A stretch of DNA of 64,000 nt from Acinetobacter phage SH-Ab 15599. Position 1 is the first letter of the stretch, and each line of letters starts with the position of its first letter. The notes beneath the pieces were generated by a model that did no database searches, was not told the DNA's origin, and saw only the letters and a list, made by a program, of their open reading frames with translations. The translations under genes and the position numbers were made by a program. Shown piece after piece: positions 27,607-37,054 of the stretch. The stretch lies in sequence record MH517022.1. One strand, written 5' to 3'.

Positions 27607-29154
27607 ATGGCAGGTTCATGGATTGGTTTAACGAGCAAAAAGGCAAAGGACCTTGAAAAGAAGATCGTTCCGTATCAACTACGTGCAACGGATCCACTTG
27701 ATGGTTCCCTTCTCTTTAGCGGATTCCACCATGAATCTGCTAAGTTGGCTCTGGATGGAACGTTTCAAAACAGTTCTGCTCTCATTAATGAATATCGCGA
27801 TATGGCGATGGATCCAGATGTTGACATGGCTGTTGATGATATTATCAACGCTATTGTAACCTGTGAAGAAGATAAGAAAGCCGTTGAACTTGACTTCAGT
27901 AAGGTCGATATCAGCGAGAAAATGATGGACAGATTCAGAGAAGAATTTGACTTCATTTTAGACCTTATGGATTTTAATGAAAATGGATATGAACGTATCA
28001 GACAATGGTACGTCGACGGAAGACAGTATATCCAACCTATTATCAATCCAGCATCTAAGAAACAAGGCTTAGCCAAATTGGTGTTTCTTGATTCTCGTAC
28101 AGTTCAGAAAGTGAAGATGATTGAACGTCGTCACGCTGTAAGAGAAGGGAAACAGGTTGATGAAATTGCTACAATTAAAAGTTGTTTCGTTTTTAACCCG
28201 TATTGGGCTCCCGAATACAACACCTTCTCTAACAGCTTATCAATGCCAGCTGTAACTCGTTTAGACAATCAAGAATTAAACGAGGACAGCCTTATTTACG
28301 TGCATTCTGGCGTAAAAGATCCATTGACTGGGGTAGTGGTATCAGATTTAGAGAAAGCCAAAAAACCACTTAATAACCTTAAAATGCTACGTGATGCTCA
28401 GGTTATCTACCGTCTGACGCGTTCTGTTGAGAAAAGAGTGTTTAAGGTGGATGTAGGTTCACTACCTCCTAAGCAAGCTGAAGAGCAGATGAAAAGGGTC
28501 ATCCGCGAGCATAAAACGAAACTTGAATATGACCCTAAAACTGGTAAAGTTAATGGACGTGGTCATCAACAACATATGTTACAAGACTTCTGGCTACCAG
28601 TACGTGAAGGCGGTAGAGGTTCAGATGTAACAACATTAGCTGGTGCACAAAACCTTTCTGAAATTGATGATATCTTATATTTCCAAAAACTTCTTTACCG
28701 TTCATTGAATACTCCGGAAGGACGTCTGGGCGAACAACAACCTGTGATTTTTGGCAATAGAAACGCTGAAATGACTAGAGATGAATGGAAATTTAACAAA
28801 TTCATCATGCGTAAGCGTAAACGCTATGCTGACGGCGTCTTCATTCCGCTATTGCGTGTTCAATTGATCTCAAAGGGTGTTGTAACAGAAGAACAATGGG
28901 ATGAATTATTCGCTCGCCAACTTCAGTTCAAATGGACTTCAGACTCTTGGGTTGAAGATCAACAAGAGACTGATCAACTCCTTAATAGATTCAACAATAT
29001 ATCAGCAGTTGAAGAACAAGTTGGTAAATACGTTTCAATGGAGTGGGTATACGAGAACATCTTGCGGTTCACACCTGAACAGATTCAACGCGAGAAAGAA
29101 CGTATAGCCAAAGAGCCAAAACCAATCGAGGAGAATCCAAATGACGGATACTAA
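27607..29154 (+). CDS. 20: Portal protein (gp20-like)
   Basis: 515 aa. Position is sheath, tube, portal, then protease, as in T4. Size is similar to T4 gp20. Confidence 0.75.
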   Translation: MAGSWIGLTSKKAKDLEKKIVPYQLRATDPLDGSLLFSGFHHESAKLALDGTFQNSSALINEYRDMAMDPDVDMAVDDIINAIVTCEEDKKAVELDFSKVDISEKMMDRFREEFDFILDLMDFNENGYERIRQWYVDGRQYIQPIINPASKKQGLAKLVFLDSRTVQKVKMIERRHAVREGKQVDEIATIKSCFVFNPYWAPEYNTFSNSLSMPAVTRLDNQELNEDSLIYVHSGVKDPLTGVVVSDLEKAKKPLNNLKMLRDAQVIYRLTRSVEKRVFKVDVGSLPPKQAEEQMKRVIREHKTKLEYDPKTGKVNGRGHQQHMLQDFWLPVREGGRGSDVTTLAGAQNLSEIDDILYFQKLLYRSLNTPEGRLGEQQPVIFGNRNAEMTRDEWKFNKFIMRKRKRYADGVFIPLLRVQLISKGVVTEEQWDELFARQLQFKWTSDSWVEDQQETDQLLNRFNNISAVEEQVGKYVSMEWVYENILRFTPEQIQREKERIAKEPKPIEENPNDGY

Positions 29155-29344
29155 AGAACAACTGGCGGAAGCAATCTTGGCTATCAAAGAAGATGACCAA
29201 GGTGTTCTCGACTCAAATACAACTGCTGCTCTTACGGGCGCAATCACAAATCGTTTGGATGTAGCTTTACAAAAGCGTAAAGATGATATTCGTTGCGATC
29301 AACTTAAAGGCAAATTCCTTGGTACAGATGACATTGAGGGTTAA
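29141..29344 (+). CDS. Small prohead core protein (gp67-like position)
   Basis: 67-aa ORF between the portal and protease genes. Confidence 0.4.
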   Translation: MTDTKEQLAEAILAIKEDDQGVLDSNTTAALTGAITNRLDVALQKRKDDIRCDQLKGKFLGTDDIEG

Positions 29345-29347
29345 TCA

Positions 29348-29626
29348 ATGACTAATATCAATATGGAGGCCATTACTGAAAAGTTCATCTATAAGGTGAA
29401 CTTCAAAGGTAAAAAGCGTAAAAAATTGGAATGTCCTCCTGGATATCATCCAAACGCGGATGGCACTGCTTGTGTACCGATGACTGCTTCTATGAAGACT
29501 CATCTAAAACAAGGCGCTCGTAAGACTAAAATAACCAAGAAAGGTATGGGTATCAACTATATCAAACGGGTTGTTAAAAAGACGCGACGCGCTATGAAAT
29601 TCCGTAAACAAACATACGGTCTGTGA
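29348..29626 (+). CDS. Basic small head or internal protein (gp68-like position)
   Basis: 92 aa, very K/R-rich. Confidence 0.35.
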   Translation: MTNINMEAITEKFIYKVNFKGKKRKKLECPPGYHPNADGTACVPMTASMKTHLKQGARKTKITKKGMGINYIKRVVKKTRRAMKFRKQTYGL

Positions 29627-30300
29627 GAAAGAGTATGGATGGTTTATTATTGTTGCGGGAATCCACTGACCAAGTGGAAATTTTACGTGAAAATACTGCC
29701 ACTGGCTCAGCGATGTACATTGAAGGTCCTTTCATCAGCTGCAACATGAAAAACCGAAATGGGCGCGTTTACCCTCGTTCAATGATGGAAGCTGTAGTTG
29801 ATCAATATCAACGTGAATACATTAATGAACGCAGAGCTATTGGTGAGTTTATTCACCCTGAATACCCATATCCAAACCCAAAAATGGCTGCTCTTCGTAT
29901 TGACTCTTTAACTTGGCAGGGCGATCTTGTTATCGGTAAAGCCAAAGTTTTAGAAGGTATGGAAGATGGTAAAAAATTGAAGACTCTCATCGAAGAGGGT
30001 TTCAAGCTAGGTGTTTCAACTCGCGGCTTAGGTAAACTGGCTCGTGACAAGGTCACCGTTGAACAATATCGAATGAATGCGGTTGATGCTGTTGATTTAC
30101 CGTCTGGTCAACCTTGTTACTTTGATGTTGTTAATGAATCCGCTCTGTGGTACCCTACAGAGACGGGTGGTTGGGTTCAACGTAATGAAGATGGTCATAT
30201 CATTAATGAAGCCGATGATGCTGCGCAAGTAGCAGAATTCAATATGGATTCATTTTTGAAACGACTTGATGAAGCTCTTCATCAAAAGATTTATCGTTGA
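29623..30300 (+). CDS. 21: Prohead core protease (gp21-like)
   Basis: NRNGRVYPRSMMEAVVDQY matches T4 gp21 NRNGRIYPKDLMEKAIEEY. Confidence 0.8.
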   Translation: MRKSMDGLLLLRESTDQVEILRENTATGSAMYIEGPFISCNMKNRNGRVYPRSMMEAVVDQYQREYINERRAIGEFIHPEYPYPNPKMAALRIDSLTWQGDLVIGKAKVLEGMEDGKKLKTLIEEGFKLGVSTRGLGKLARDKVTVEQYRMNAVDAVDLPSGQPCYFDVVNESALWYPTETGGWVQRNEDGHIINEADDAAQVAEFNMDSFLKRLDEALHQKIYR

Positions 30301-30345
30301 CTTAGTAAAATTAACAAGAGTTCAACCCTCTTTGAATAGGAATAA

Positions 30346-31107
30346 ATGACCATGTCACAAGTAATTGTAGCATTGTTAGCCGAGGCCAAGATTGACGAAG
30401 CCCTAGCTGATAAAATTGTAGAAGCTTTTGAACAAAAGCTTGAAGAAGGTATTACCAACGGCGTTGAAACCCGTCTTGTTGAAGAACAACAAAAATGGGC
30501 TTTGACGCAAGCAACTTTAGTTGAAGATGCGATCAATGGTATCGTTGACGGTTGGGCTGCTGCTAATACTTCACTATTGGAAAATAGCGTAAAAGCTGAA
30601 ATTGTAAATGAATCAATTGATGCTATTCGTAATCTTGTTGGTTTCAAACCAGAAGAGTTTAACGAATCTGTTAACCAATATGCTGAAGGTAAAATTAGCA
30701 CCTTAAACGGCACGATTGATACCATTCAATCTCAGTTAGATGAACAAACCAAACTCAATGAAGAAATGACAAAAGAATTGGTTGGTTTCCGTCGCGCTGA
30801 AATCTTTGCAGAAGCAACTGAAGACCTTTCAGAACTTTCTTGTGACAAGATCCAAGAAGCTCTTGAAAAGCAAGAATTTGACGCTGATGAACAGTTCAAA
30901 TCATTTGTTGTTAGTCTAGCAGAAGCTCATCGTCCAGCTAAAACTGTTGAAGGTACTCCTGACACTTCAGTTGACACGGTTGCAACACAAGCTCAGATTA
31001 ATGAACAAACTGATCTAGCAGGTCAGGGCGGTACGCAAACTCAAACCCAAAAGCCAGTGTCACTCGTTGAAGCAACTTTGGCCCAAATGAACGGCGTAAA
31101 ATCTTGA
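30346..31107 (+). CDS. 22: Prohead scaffold protein (gp22-like)
   Basis: Acidic, coiled-coil-rich 253-aa protein between the protease and the major capsid gene. Confidence 0.6.
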   Translation: MTMSQVIVALLAEAKIDEALADKIVEAFEQKLEEGITNGVETRLVEEQQKWALTQATLVEDAINGIVDGWAAANTSLLENSVKAEIVNESIDAIRNLVGFKPEEFNESVNQYAEGKISTLNGTIDTIQSQLDEQTKLNEEMTKELVGFRRAEIFAEATEDLSELSCDKIQEALEKQEFDADEQFKSFVVSLAEAHRPAKTVEGTPDTSVDTVATQAQINEQTDLAGQGGTQTQTQKPVSLVEATLAQMNGVKS

Positions 31108-31176
31108 TCAATTAGATCAAGATTTTGCCTTAACTAAATAATTCCATCAAGTTTATATATCCGAGGAACTAAGGTC

Positions 31177-32520
31177 ATGGATAAAACAAAACAAGCCACT
31201 GAACAATTCAACGAAAGCGTGAAGAAGTGGGAACCGATTATCGAAGGTACAGACAAGTCTGCTGAAACCAACTTCAGCCGCCTTTCGCGTAAAGGTATTA
31301 TGACTCAGCTTCTTGAAAACCAAGAAAACTGGTGTAATAACAACGTTCAAACGTTAATGGAAGCAGCTCCTACTAACACCATTGGTGGCGGCGCAGTTGC
31401 AACTTGGGCTCCTGTTCTTATCCGTATGGCGAAACGTGCTCAACAAGCGCTTATCTCAATGGATTTCTTCGGTACTCAGCCTGCAACAACTCCTGATACG
31501 TTGATCTTTGCTTTACGTTCTCGTTACACTTCACAAACTGGCCCAGAAGCTTTATTTGGTAAACCAAATGCTGCATTCTCTGGTGCGGGTGCTGATGTAG
31601 GTTCTACATCTGGTTTCACTGAAGAGTTCATTACTGGCGCAGGTGCTACAACTCAGCCTACTACTGGTACGGCAATGACAACTGCCAACGCTGAATTGTT
31701 AGGTTCAGATGCGTCTCATAAATGGGGTCGTATGGCGATCAGCATTGAAAAACAAACAGTATCTGTTGGTACTCGCGGTTTATATGCTGACTACACTAAC
31801 GAATTACGCCAAGATTTAATGGCAGTTCATGGTGAAAACGCTGACGAAATCATTTCAAGCTTGCTTGTAAATGAAATCCTAGCTGAAATGAACCGTGAGT
31901 TCATTACAACTATGAACATCTCTGCTAAGCTTGGTGCTAAAACTGGTACTGCCACTCCAGGTAAATACAACCTTACAACTGACTCTGATGGTCGTTGGTT
32001 ACTTGAACGCCTCAAAGCGTTATTGTTCCGCATTGAGTTAGAAAACAACGCAATTGCGATTGATACTCGTCGTGGTCGTGGTAACCGTCTCTTAACTTCA
32101 GCTAACGTTGCATCTGCTCTTGCGATGGCTGGTATGTTAGACTTCTCTCCTGCAATTGCTGCAAACGGTGAGTTGGACATCGACCCTACTGGTCAAACAT
32201 TCTGTGGTGTGTTGGCATCTGGTCAACGTGTATACATCGATCCATTTGCTGACGTGAACTACGTAACTGTTGGTTACAAAGGCGCGACTGAATTGGATGC
32301 TGGTATCTACTACGTTCCTTACACTCCGCTTGAAATGCACCGTGCTCAAGACCCTGAGACTATGCAACCGCGTATGGCATTCAAAACTCGTTATGCAGTA
32401 TCTGCTAACCCGTTCTTTGCTCAAGACGCTACTGGTGCTGCGACTCCAGGCAAAGGTCTTGGTCCTCAGTCAAACGGTTACTACCGGAAATTTTTAGTGA
32501 ACGGCCTCGAGATCGCATAA
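31177..32520 (+). CDS. 23: Major capsid protein (gp23-like)
   Basis: WEPIIEG near the N-terminus and DAGIYYVPYTPLEMHRAQDPETMQPRMAFKTRYAVSANPF, which matches T4 gp23 DAGIYYAPYVALTPLRGSDPKNFQPVMGFKTRYGIGINPF. Confidence 0.9.
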   Translation: MDKTKQATEQFNESVKKWEPIIEGTDKSAETNFSRLSRKGIMTQLLENQENWCNNNVQTLMEAAPTNTIGGGAVATWAPVLIRMAKRAQQALISMDFFGTQPATTPDTLIFALRSRYTSQTGPEALFGKPNAAFSGAGADVGSTSGFTEEFITGAGATTQPTTGTAMTTANAELLGSDASHKWGRMAISIEKQTVSVGTRGLYADYTNELRQDLMAVHGENADEIISSLLVNEILAEMNREFITTMNISAKLGAKTGTATPGKYNLTTDSDGRWLLERLKALLFRIELENNAIAIDTRRGRGNRLLTSANVASALAMAGMLDFSPAIAANGELDIDPTGQTFCGVLASGQRVYIDPFADVNYVTVGYKGATELDAGIYYVPYTPLEMHRAQDPETMQPRMAFKTRYAVSANPFFAQDATGAATPGKGLGPQSNGYYRKFLVNGLEIA

Positions 32521-32550
32521 TATCTCGTCTCCGATTCATAGAAAGAAAAA

Positions 32551-32571
32551 GCCCCGCAAGGGGCTTTTTCT
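32551..32571 (+). terminator. Rho-independent terminator gccccgcaaggggc plus tttttc (copy A)
   Basis: Perfect 5-bp GC stem with a GCAA tetraloop and a T run. An identical 25-mer recurs at 33609-33633. Confidence 0.8.
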
Positions 32572-32622
32572 TTTGTCAATAAAATAGTATAATGAATATT
32601 TTAGCAAATACAACTAATCATT

Positions 32623-33609
32623 ATGTCATTCTATGTTTACAAACTAACAGTTGAAGATCAAGAGTTACCATTTTATATTGGTAAAGGACAAGGCAACAGA
32701 GCGTACTATCATTTCAAGAACGATTGTTTCAACAATGACTCAAATCGCCACAAAGTCAATACGATACTCAAAGCCAAGAAAGAAGGCAAAGAGATATTGG
32801 TTGAGTTTGTGAAGCACAATTTGACGGAACAAGAAGCTCTTCAGTTCGAAATGGAACTCATCTCTCGTTATGGTAGAAGGGATATTGGAACTGGATGTCT
32901 CACAAATATGACAAACGGCGGAGATGGGGTAAGTGGTCTAGTTCACTCTGAAGAAACAAGAAAGAAATTAAGCAATATATCTAAACAACAATTCAGTTCT
33001 CCAGAGGCGAGAGAACAACTGAGATTGTATAGCAGAAAGGCTCAACAGATAATCTGGGGAAGAGATAGACAAAAACACGTAGAAAGGGTCAAGAAGCAAG
33101 CCAAAGAGAATTATGAAAACGGCAATAAAGAAAATCTCTTAAACGGCATTAAAAACTGGGTAGAGACTAATCCAGAACAAGTGTTGGAACGTAATAAAAA
33201 GATTAAGGAAGCCATGAGTTCGGACAAGAATAGACAACTCGTAGGCGAAAGAACTAAACGCCTCTATAATGATCCAAGCTACCGTGCAGCTGTATTCCCG
33301 CCGTTCCATCGTTCACCTCGGTATTTGAAACCATCTGCGCCTGATTTAAGAGAACGTCAAATGTTATGTGCATGCCTCGGTCTGTTTTACAATTTTTGGG
33401 TTGAGAATGGTAAGAGAACATTCAGTTTCTATGAGAACCCTAACAGCGTTGGATTTGCTTTCGATAACAAGATACTGGTTCAACCAATTAAACAATTTCA
33501 AATGGGATACAACCCGTGGGATTGTGAAGAGTATGTGCAGTGGCATACGACTCAACCAGTAGATCAATATTGGAAAGAATTGAATATTACCAATAAGAGG
33601 GTAAAATAA
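32623..33609 (+). CDS. GIY-YIG homing endonuclease (Seg-like) with NUMOD-like repeats
   Basis: N-terminus YVYKLTVEDQELPFYIGKGQGNRAYYH is the GIY-YIG motif. Downstream SEETRKKLSN-type repeats resemble NUMOD modules. Confidence 0.85.
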   Translation: MSFYVYKLTVEDQELPFYIGKGQGNRAYYHFKNDCFNNDSNRHKVNTILKAKKEGKEILVEFVKHNLTEQEALQFEMELISRYGRRDIGTGCLTNMTNGGDGVSGLVHSEETRKKLSNISKQQFSSPEAREQLRLYSRKAQQIIWGRDRQKHVERVKKQAKENYENGNKENLLNGIKNWVETNPEQVLERNKKIKEAMSSDKNRQLVGERTKRLYNDPSYRAAVFPPFHRSPRYLKPSAPDLRERQMLCACLGLFYNFWVENGKRTFSFYENPNSVGFAFDNKILVQPIKQFQMGYNPWDCEEYVQWHTTQPVDQYWKELNITNKRVK

Positions 33610-33611
33610 AA

Positions 33612-33632
33612 GCCCCGCAAGGGGCTTTTTCA
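33612..33632 (+). terminator. Rho-independent terminator gccccgcaaggggc plus tttttc (copy B)
   Basis: Identical to copy A. Flanks the homing endonuclease gene on its other side. Confidence 0.8.
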
Positions 33633-33665
33633 ATTCTTGATTGGAATAAACAATTAAAATATATC

Positions 33666-33694
33666 TTTACTTGAGAATAAAATCATACTATTAT
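33666..33694 (+). promoter_or_regulatory. Early promoter TTTACT-N17-TATTAT
   Basis: Leader cactctttggagta sits 9 nt before the ATG at 33756. Confidence 0.5.
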
Positions 33695-33755
33695 ACGCTT
33701 CATACAGAACAAACTGTATAGAATCTTACATAATATCACTCTTTGGAGTATCAAA

Positions 33756-34127
33756 ATGCTTTTAACAATGGATAACATTTCTAATTTTGTATCTGAAAAT
33801 TCAGAAGTTATGAACCTTCAATCTGTCTTAGAAACATTAGGATTCCGTGGCGCAGGTAACCAAGTTGCTTTTGGTATACTTTCTAAACGAGTTATTTTTG
33901 GCGCTCAATTTTTAAAAATGATGGGCGTTAACCCGAGTAAAGCAAAATCTTTAAACCCTCAATTCAAGTTTGTTGAATGTGAATATATTGAAGAGCCACT
34001 AGATTTCTCTCAATTCCAACCTGTTGGTCGTATGGAGTCAAGCTTTACAGTATATGATATTAGCAAACTGGGTGATGTATTTGTATTGCGGGCGCAGAAC
34101 GGTTGTAAAGCAATAGTAACAATGTAA
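33756..34127 (+). CDS. Hypothetical protein, 123 aa
   Basis: ORF behind a promoter plus RBS, ended by a bidirectional terminator. Confidence 0.45.
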   Translation: MLLTMDNISNFVSENSEVMNLQSVLETLGFRGAGNQVAFGILSKRVIFGAQFLKMMGVNPSKAKSLNPQFKFVECEYIEEPLDFSQFQPVGRMESSFTVYDISKLGDVFVLRAQNGCKAIVTM

Positions 34128-34159
34128 TAAAAAGCCCCTCAGGTGAGGGGCTTTTCTTT
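34126..34159. terminator. Bidirectional terminator at the convergence point of the two arms (gcccctc-aggt-gaggggc)
   Basis: A-tract upstream and a T-tract downstream. A nearly identical hairpin occurs at 40188-40205. Confidence 0.75.
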
Positions 34160-34166
34160 GTCTGGG

Positions 34167-34715
34167 CTAGACGCCGCCATATGCCTTTACGCTTACGAGT
34201 TTCACGCCACTGTTGAGATGCTTCTTCAGAATAGTCTCAATAGGTTTAGCATCAGCCTTTCCAGCCTTCTGTTGTTTACCCGCTTCTTTGAGAAGATCAT
34301 TGATAACTTTTTCATCAAAACAGAGTTCAATGTCAGCTCTCTTACCAACAGGGCGTTTGCTACCTGCATACAACTGTACCTGAACATCGGAGATATACAG
34401 AGCAAAGTCTTCATCTCCTTTTAATACAGCTAAGAACGTTCCTGCTCTCACAGTTGCTTCTGTCAGGCCATCTTCCCCTTCATCATCTTCATCCCCGTCT
34501 TTATCTTCTTGCAACTGATAAGACAACACTGAATCTGTCATCACACCGCCGTCATTGATTGCCTTTTGAATAAGACGCAATGCAGACTTATTTTGAGACT
34601 TGAACGACACAGATGATTCAGATAGATGAACCTGTACGCCGCCGCCAAAGAATTGAAGAGTCGGTTTGTTCCAACCTTTGGATTCAAGAAGGGTTTTCAT
34701 TGCAGAGTATTTCAT
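34167..34715 (-). CDS. Hypothetical protein, 182 aa
   Basis: Last ORF of the minus arm. Acidic DGDEDDEGEDG tract. Confidence 0.45.
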   Translation of the reverse strand: MKYSAMKTLLESKGWNKPTLQFFGGGVQVHLSESSVSFKSQNKSALRLIQKAINDGGVMTDSVLSYQLQEDKDGDEDDEGEDGLTEATVRAGTFLAVLKGDEDFALYISDVQVQLYAGSKRPVGKRADIELCFDEKVINDLLKEAGKQQKAGKADAKPIETILKKHLNSGVKLVSVKAYGGV

Positions 34716-34752
34716 TGCATTTCTCCTTAGAAATAATGATTACTTAAAAGAC

Positions 34753-34781
34753 TTTACTTTCAAATTGAAATATATTATATT
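34753..34781 (+). promoter_or_regulatory. Early promoter CTTTACT-N17-TATATT
   Basis: Leader acgctcaacggagc sits 9 nt before the ATG at 34815. Confidence 0.45.
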
Positions 34782-34814
34782 TAATTCTCTCAATAACGCT
34801 CAACGGAGCTTGAT

Positions 34815-35147
34815 ATGAAAATCTCATTAGAGACTAACCAAAGATTCGATCTATCATTAAAATCGCCTCTTAATATTACAACCGATCTCCTAGAGGCAAT
34901 CAAAGCTGAGAAATGTAAATTCATTGATATAGAAGTAGAAAAGAAAGTCATAGATGTTCAATATCGTACCAAAACTGGTATCTTTCTGGGTGTTATGATT
35001 ATTAAAAAATCAAATGGCGGTATTGAATTGATCATAGATAATGACGGAGAAAAGATTAAGAACCTACACAACCTTACACATGAAGAGCTATTAGCAGAAC
35101 TTGAGACATTGCCTATCGCCAGATATGTTTATCTCGGTACACTATAA
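34815..35147 (+). CDS. Hypothetical protein, 110 aa
   Basis: ORF with the conserved leader and RBS. Confidence 0.4.
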   Translation: MKISLETNQRFDLSLKSPLNITTDLLEAIKAEKCKFIDIEVEKKVIDVQYRTKTGIFLGVMIIKKSNGGIELIIDNDGEKIKNLHNLTHEELLAELETLPIARYVYLGTL

Positions 35148-35158
35148 AAGAAAGGAGC

Positions 35159-35341
35159 TTAATGCTCCTTTTTCTTTCCAACAACTATCATAACAGTGCG
35201 CCGATATCCGGTGGTATAATCTTTAACCGATTTTGGTTTTCCATTCCACTTATACCATCCACCACCTTTGATATCATTCAGATCAGTACCTTTTGCAACT
35301 TCAGTCGTATTCATTTCTTTCTCCGCTTCGTCTTTGTTCAT
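35159..35341 (-). CDS. Hypothetical small protein, 60 aa
   Basis: Short ORF. Weak call. Confidence 0.3.
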   Translation of the reverse strand: MNKDEAEKEMNTTEVAKGTDLNDIKGGGWYKWNGKPKSVKDYTTGYRRTVMIVVGKKKEH

Positions 35342-35358
35342 GATCAGTATATCCTAAA

Positions 35359-35431
35359 TTCCATAAAAATTGCTCTGATATATACAGAGCAATTTGACTG
35401 TATTTTATATGTCCCACACGGTAGGCTGAGA
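35359..35431 (+). repeat. Composite element copy 2 (tccataaaaattgc, hairpin gctctgatatatacagagc, cccacacggtaggctgaga)
   Basis: Same order and orientation on the plus strand as the copy at 20329-20401, although the flanking genes here are on the minus strand. Confidence 0.7.
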
Positions 35432-35436
35432 CATAG

Positions 35437-35994
35437 TTAATTCTCTGTATCTACTGGCTTGCAAAGATATGTATCGGGATACTCTTGCACAGAGTTTATA
35501 TCCATAGCATATTTCGCAGGGCGTTGACCAAGAATTTTGAGTGGAGGCGCATTCCCAGATTCACTAATACACTCTCCAAACTGATTATACATTCGCATTT
35601 GCTCAGTTGGATCTTCAAATACAACAACGTATTCATTTGTACGGAAAGATTGGACTTTCGAAACAATTAAGGTCTTTCTGTTCTTCTGAATGATCTGTTG
35701 TCCATCTTGAAGTTTATCCATGTCAACCATCTTCCAGCCCATATCATATCCTTGTATAGTGAAGATATTCAAGGCAGGTATGTCCATAGCAACTTTACCG
35801 CGTTCATCTACAATGATTCTGAACGAAGTTTGGTCATCTTTGGTATTCTCCCCATTATAGAGAACCAACTTCAAATCATAGAGGGCGTAAGTGTCTTTGA
35901 CATTATTAGTCTTGTTTCTTTCCTTAACAAGATAGATTCCAGCATCTGTGGACACTGTAGTTACATTGGGAACGAAATCAGCTACATTAACCAT
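35437..35994 (-). CDS. Hypothetical protein, 185 aa. Tandem paralog B
   Basis: VADFVPNVTTVSTDAGIYLVKE and EYVVVFEDPTEQMRMYN parallel the upstream paralog EDFVPNLTRVKLKNGHIYLIKE and YYIVFEDENMVIMSYD. Confidence 0.5.
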   Translation of the reverse strand: MVNVADFVPNVTTVSTDAGIYLVKERNKTNNVKDTYALYDLKLVLYNGENTKDDQTSFRIIVDERGKVAMDIPALNIFTIQGYDMGWKMVDMDKLQDGQQIIQKNRKTLIVSKVQSFRTNEYVVVFEDPTEQMRMYNQFGECISESGNAPPLKILGQRPAKYAMDINSVQEYPDTYLCKPVDTEN

Positions 35995-36544
35995 TGTTAT
36001 ACACAGCTCCTATAATAGTGAAAGGGTCAACTGTTCCTGCTGCGGTGCTTCGTAATGTACGAGCATCCTTATCATAAGACATGATGACCATATTTTCATC
36101 TTCAAATACAATATAATACACATAACCCATCTTTTGAGTTAAGTCCTTTTGAATGCGAGCAATTGTATGTTCTTGACCACAATACATTTTGACTGTATCG
36201 CCGATCTGAAGTTTATTGATATTAACTTTACGCCAAGAAGTAATTTCGCTTTCGATGTTATGCGTTTCTGAGAATTCATAAATTGCCGGAATAGAACCGC
36301 CGACGTAGAATGGTAGTTGAATATCAATATCTTGAAAGGATTCGTTTTCCATTCTTACCAAATACAACTTACCTGAAGTCCAGTTGACGCTTATTCCTTC
36401 AACTTCTTTTATTAGGTAGATGTGTCCATTTTTCAATTTGACTCGTGTCAAATTCGGTACAAAATCTTCAACAGAAATCCGTTCACTTGCATCATTCTTC
36501 ATACTATTGTAAATTGGGGTATCAACTTTCATTTCAGTTCTCAA
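35987..36544 (-). CDS. Hypothetical protein, 185 aa. Tandem paralog A
   Basis: See paralog B. Equal length. Overlapping stop and start. Confidence 0.5.
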   Translation of the reverse strand: MRTEMKVDTPIYNSMKNDASERISVEDFVPNLTRVKLKNGHIYLIKEVEGISVNWTSGKLYLVRMENESFQDIDIQLPFYVGGSIPAIYEFSETHNIESEITSWRKVNINKLQIGDTVKMYCGQEHTIARIQKDLTQKMGYVYYIVFEDENMVIMSYDKDARTLRSTAAGTVDPFTIIGAVYNNG

Positions 36545-36822
36545 TATAGGTGTTCAGAATAAAGAGTACCAACACACTTGTCTTGGTCTCGTATGATTTG
36601 ATTTGCTGCTAGAGCTATTGTCCAAGCCTCTTCTCGCTCCACAAACCGCTTTTTGTTAGTGAGGAACCCTTGAGTCCAAAGATGATAATTCTCAACTTCT
36701 GGATCAAAGATTTCATCAGCAATGCGAAAGAATATTTCATCTCCGTGTCTGATAGACGGTATTACGTGACCAGACGGAGATTTGGCCGCAGCCATTACAA
36801 TACGTTCATTCATACTATTCAT
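36541..36822 (-). CDS. Hypothetical protein, 93 aa
   Basis: ORF in the operon. ATGA overlap. Confidence 0.4.
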   Translation of the reverse strand: MNSMNERIVMAAAKSPSGHVIPSIRHGDEIFFRIADEIFDPEVENYHLWTQGFLTNKKRFVEREEAWTIALAANQIIRDQDKCVGTLYSEHLY

Positions 36823-37054
36823 TCACAGTTAATTCACAAGATTCAACTGGGAATATCTTGATAGCATGTTTGGTTCTGATTTCTATGACGCGAACGCTAG
36901 TAAATTCAAAATTACCCTTTGGACCAGTGAATGTATACACTTTACCGTCAACTGGAGACTTACAACGAGCTGTAATTGTAGCCTTGCTATTGTAGACAAA
37001 TGCTGTAGATGACATTGATACAAGCAATAAAGCCGCGATTAAAATTGTTTTCAT
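36815..37054 (-). CDS. Small secreted protein (signal peptide)
   Basis: N-terminus MKTILIAALLLVSMSSTAFVYN looks like a classical signal peptide. Confidence 0.45.
   Translation of the reverse strand: MKTILIAALLLVSMSSTAFVYNSKATITARCKSPVDGKVYTFTGPKGNFEFTSVRVIEIRTKHAIKIFPVESCELTVNE

Noticed and set aside
35162-35440. 92-aa plus-strand ORF overlapping the composite repeat element
   Set aside because: Low-complexity translation with no RBS. It runs antisense to the convincing minus-strand genes and through a terminator hairpin.
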